Shown: positions 62,516-64,000 of the stretch, one piece after another | How positions within the stretch are numbered: the first letter of the stretch is position 1 | Layout of the letters: the number at the start of each line of letters is the position of its first letter | Assembly (NCBI GenBank): GCA_009914755.4 | Contig: CP086569.2 | Coordinates: 15,360,001-15,424,000, forward strand | Reading direction: 5' to 3' | Length of the DNA stretch: 64,000 nucleotides | Source: the human T2T-CHM13v2.0 reference genome, Homo sapiens | The notes under the pieces: generated by a model | The model's database searches: none | The model's input: only the letters and a program-made list of their open reading frames with translations | Told to the model about the DNA's origin: nothing | Program-made: the position numbers and the translations under genes

Positions 62516-63867
62516 AATTCCAAGGTCCCAATTAACTTGGAGAAAGATTTATGTATATTTGCATACTTTTAAAGGGTAGGGCATGTGCCATTCATCAAAG
62601 AGACATATACATTGTAAAAGATTTTCATTTAAAAGTCTTAGGCAAGAACATTGGTGCAGTCACTGTATAATGTCATTTAAAAATGAACTCTATTTAGGGC
62701 CTCTTATTTGAAATTCAATATCCTTTGTTTTCTTACAAAAGCAATAGTTAATGGATTTCTCACCATCAATGAATGTTACACAATAAATGATGTGTTATGG
62801 GTTTGAAATAACAGGTTTCAGAAGACTAAATCCTTCAAGAAAACTGAAATATCTTGCCCACAAAGAAATCTTTATTCCCATTTATCAGATGCAAAACTTG
62901 AATTAAGGGCCTGTACAACCTTCTTACTGGAAAACGTGAACTTAAAGTATTTCCGTCAAGGTTTATTAATCTTATAAAATACTTTCCCTACAAAACCAAG
63001 GGGAATAAACAAGATCATCTCTTTATCTCTTCCAACTGTATTTCTGTAACTATGTTTATGTGTAAAAAAAAGTACCTCCATCAACTATTTCAAGAAAATC
63101 TCATTTAAGTGACTGAAATTAATTTTAAATTTATGATAACCCAACTTAAACTGGTCTGGAGTTTACTTGATATCATTGAAAGAAAAAGGTTTATTTAGCA
63201 ACAGAATGAAATTTGCTAAACCTTAAGGGTGCAAACATTTCTAAGGTATATGTCATATTACTCTTATTGAATCCATGTTGTTAATTATCTTACTCTGTAA
63301 TCTAGACTTTAAATCCTGTTTGGGAATAACACTCCTTAAATGTTTTCTAAAAAATTGAGTATGTTGTTTACCCTAGTTTATGATTTATATATAGATAATA
63401 TATAACTTAACATTATATATTTTAAATATATAATATCTATATTCATATGTGGATATAGATAGATATAGGTATCAAAACAGATATTATACAAATGTTACTT
63501 TTTGTCCTATGATTTCTGATGTATATTAAAACTTATGCTCTGAACTGGCCTCATATAATTGTGAAACCTGTGGCATTTATCATCAATATGTTGCAGAGAC
63601 TTTTTTCTAAACCATGCCTAAAATAGCAAATAAAAGTAAGAAACACCATAAATAAACTAACAGATACATAAAAATAAAATGAGGAAATTGTTTGGATTAG
63701 AAGGGGCATGGGGTAAAGAATTAGGTATGTGAGAGCAAAAACTATGTCTTATTTATCCATCTTTTGTATTTTGCAGAGTTTGTGGAAAAGCAACAGTTCT
63801 CACATTCATGCTTAGTGAATAAGTGAATAAAAACAACAATTAGCAAACCACTTAAAAATGACCCACT

Positions 63868-64000
63868 GTGAATCACAAGGTCAGGAGATCGAGACCATCC
63901 TGGCCAACATGGTGAAATCTCCCCTCTACTAAAAATTAGCTGTGTGTGGTGGCGTGCACCTGTAGTTCCAGCTACTCGGGAGGCTGACTCAGGAGAATTG
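63868..64000 (+). mobile_element. Alu fragment running off the window end
   Basis: …tcacaaggtcaggagatcgagaccatcctggccaacatggtgaaatctcccctctactaaaaattagctgtgtgtggtggcgtgcacctgtagttccagctactcgggaggctgactcaggagaattg. Confidence 0.9.

Overview
This window is human (Homo sapiens) nuclear genomic DNA, not a prokaryotic or viral locus. The diagnosis rests on dense Alu SINEs (more than 35 copies), including the human-specific AluYb8 and AluYa5 subfamilies, plus L1 LINE fragments, THE1/MST/MLT1 MaLR LTRs, HERV-H solo LTR7s and LTR12/ERV9 sequences. Bacterial feature classes (operons, CRISPR, RBS-driven CDSs) do not apply. I could not support any protein-coding exon of a cellular gene; every ORF in the six-frame track that I could interpret is a translation of a repeat (Alu, L1 ORF2, ERV gag/pol/env) or of low-complexity DNA. 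The window reads as a repeat-rich, AT-rich intergenic or deep-intronic region. The largest structured element is an 8.4 kb ERV9-like class I endogenous retrovirus at about 52142-60551 on the + strand. It has two 1.25-1.3 kb LTR12-type LTRs with CCAAT-box tandem repeats in U3 and a PBS after the 5' LTR. gag is frameshifted, pro and RT-RNaseH are recognisable, integrase and env-SU are deleted and replaced by a GA-rich repeat, and a short env-TM remnant remains. The provirus sits inside an older Alu that also carries a complete 79-bp MADE1 mariner MITE. Other notable items are two young Alus with intact TSDs (Yb8, Ya5) that are candidate polymorphic insertions, two HERV-H LTR7-family solo LTRs, a truncated L1 with a twin-priming-type inversion, a closely spaced inverted Alu pair, and several AT-rich palindromic or low-complexity tracts. 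I see no evidence for a novel biological system; the interesting content is transposon history and possible regulatory exaptation. Coordinates of repeat ends are approximate to about +/-10 bp, and family or subfamily names are from memory of consensus sequences, not a database search.
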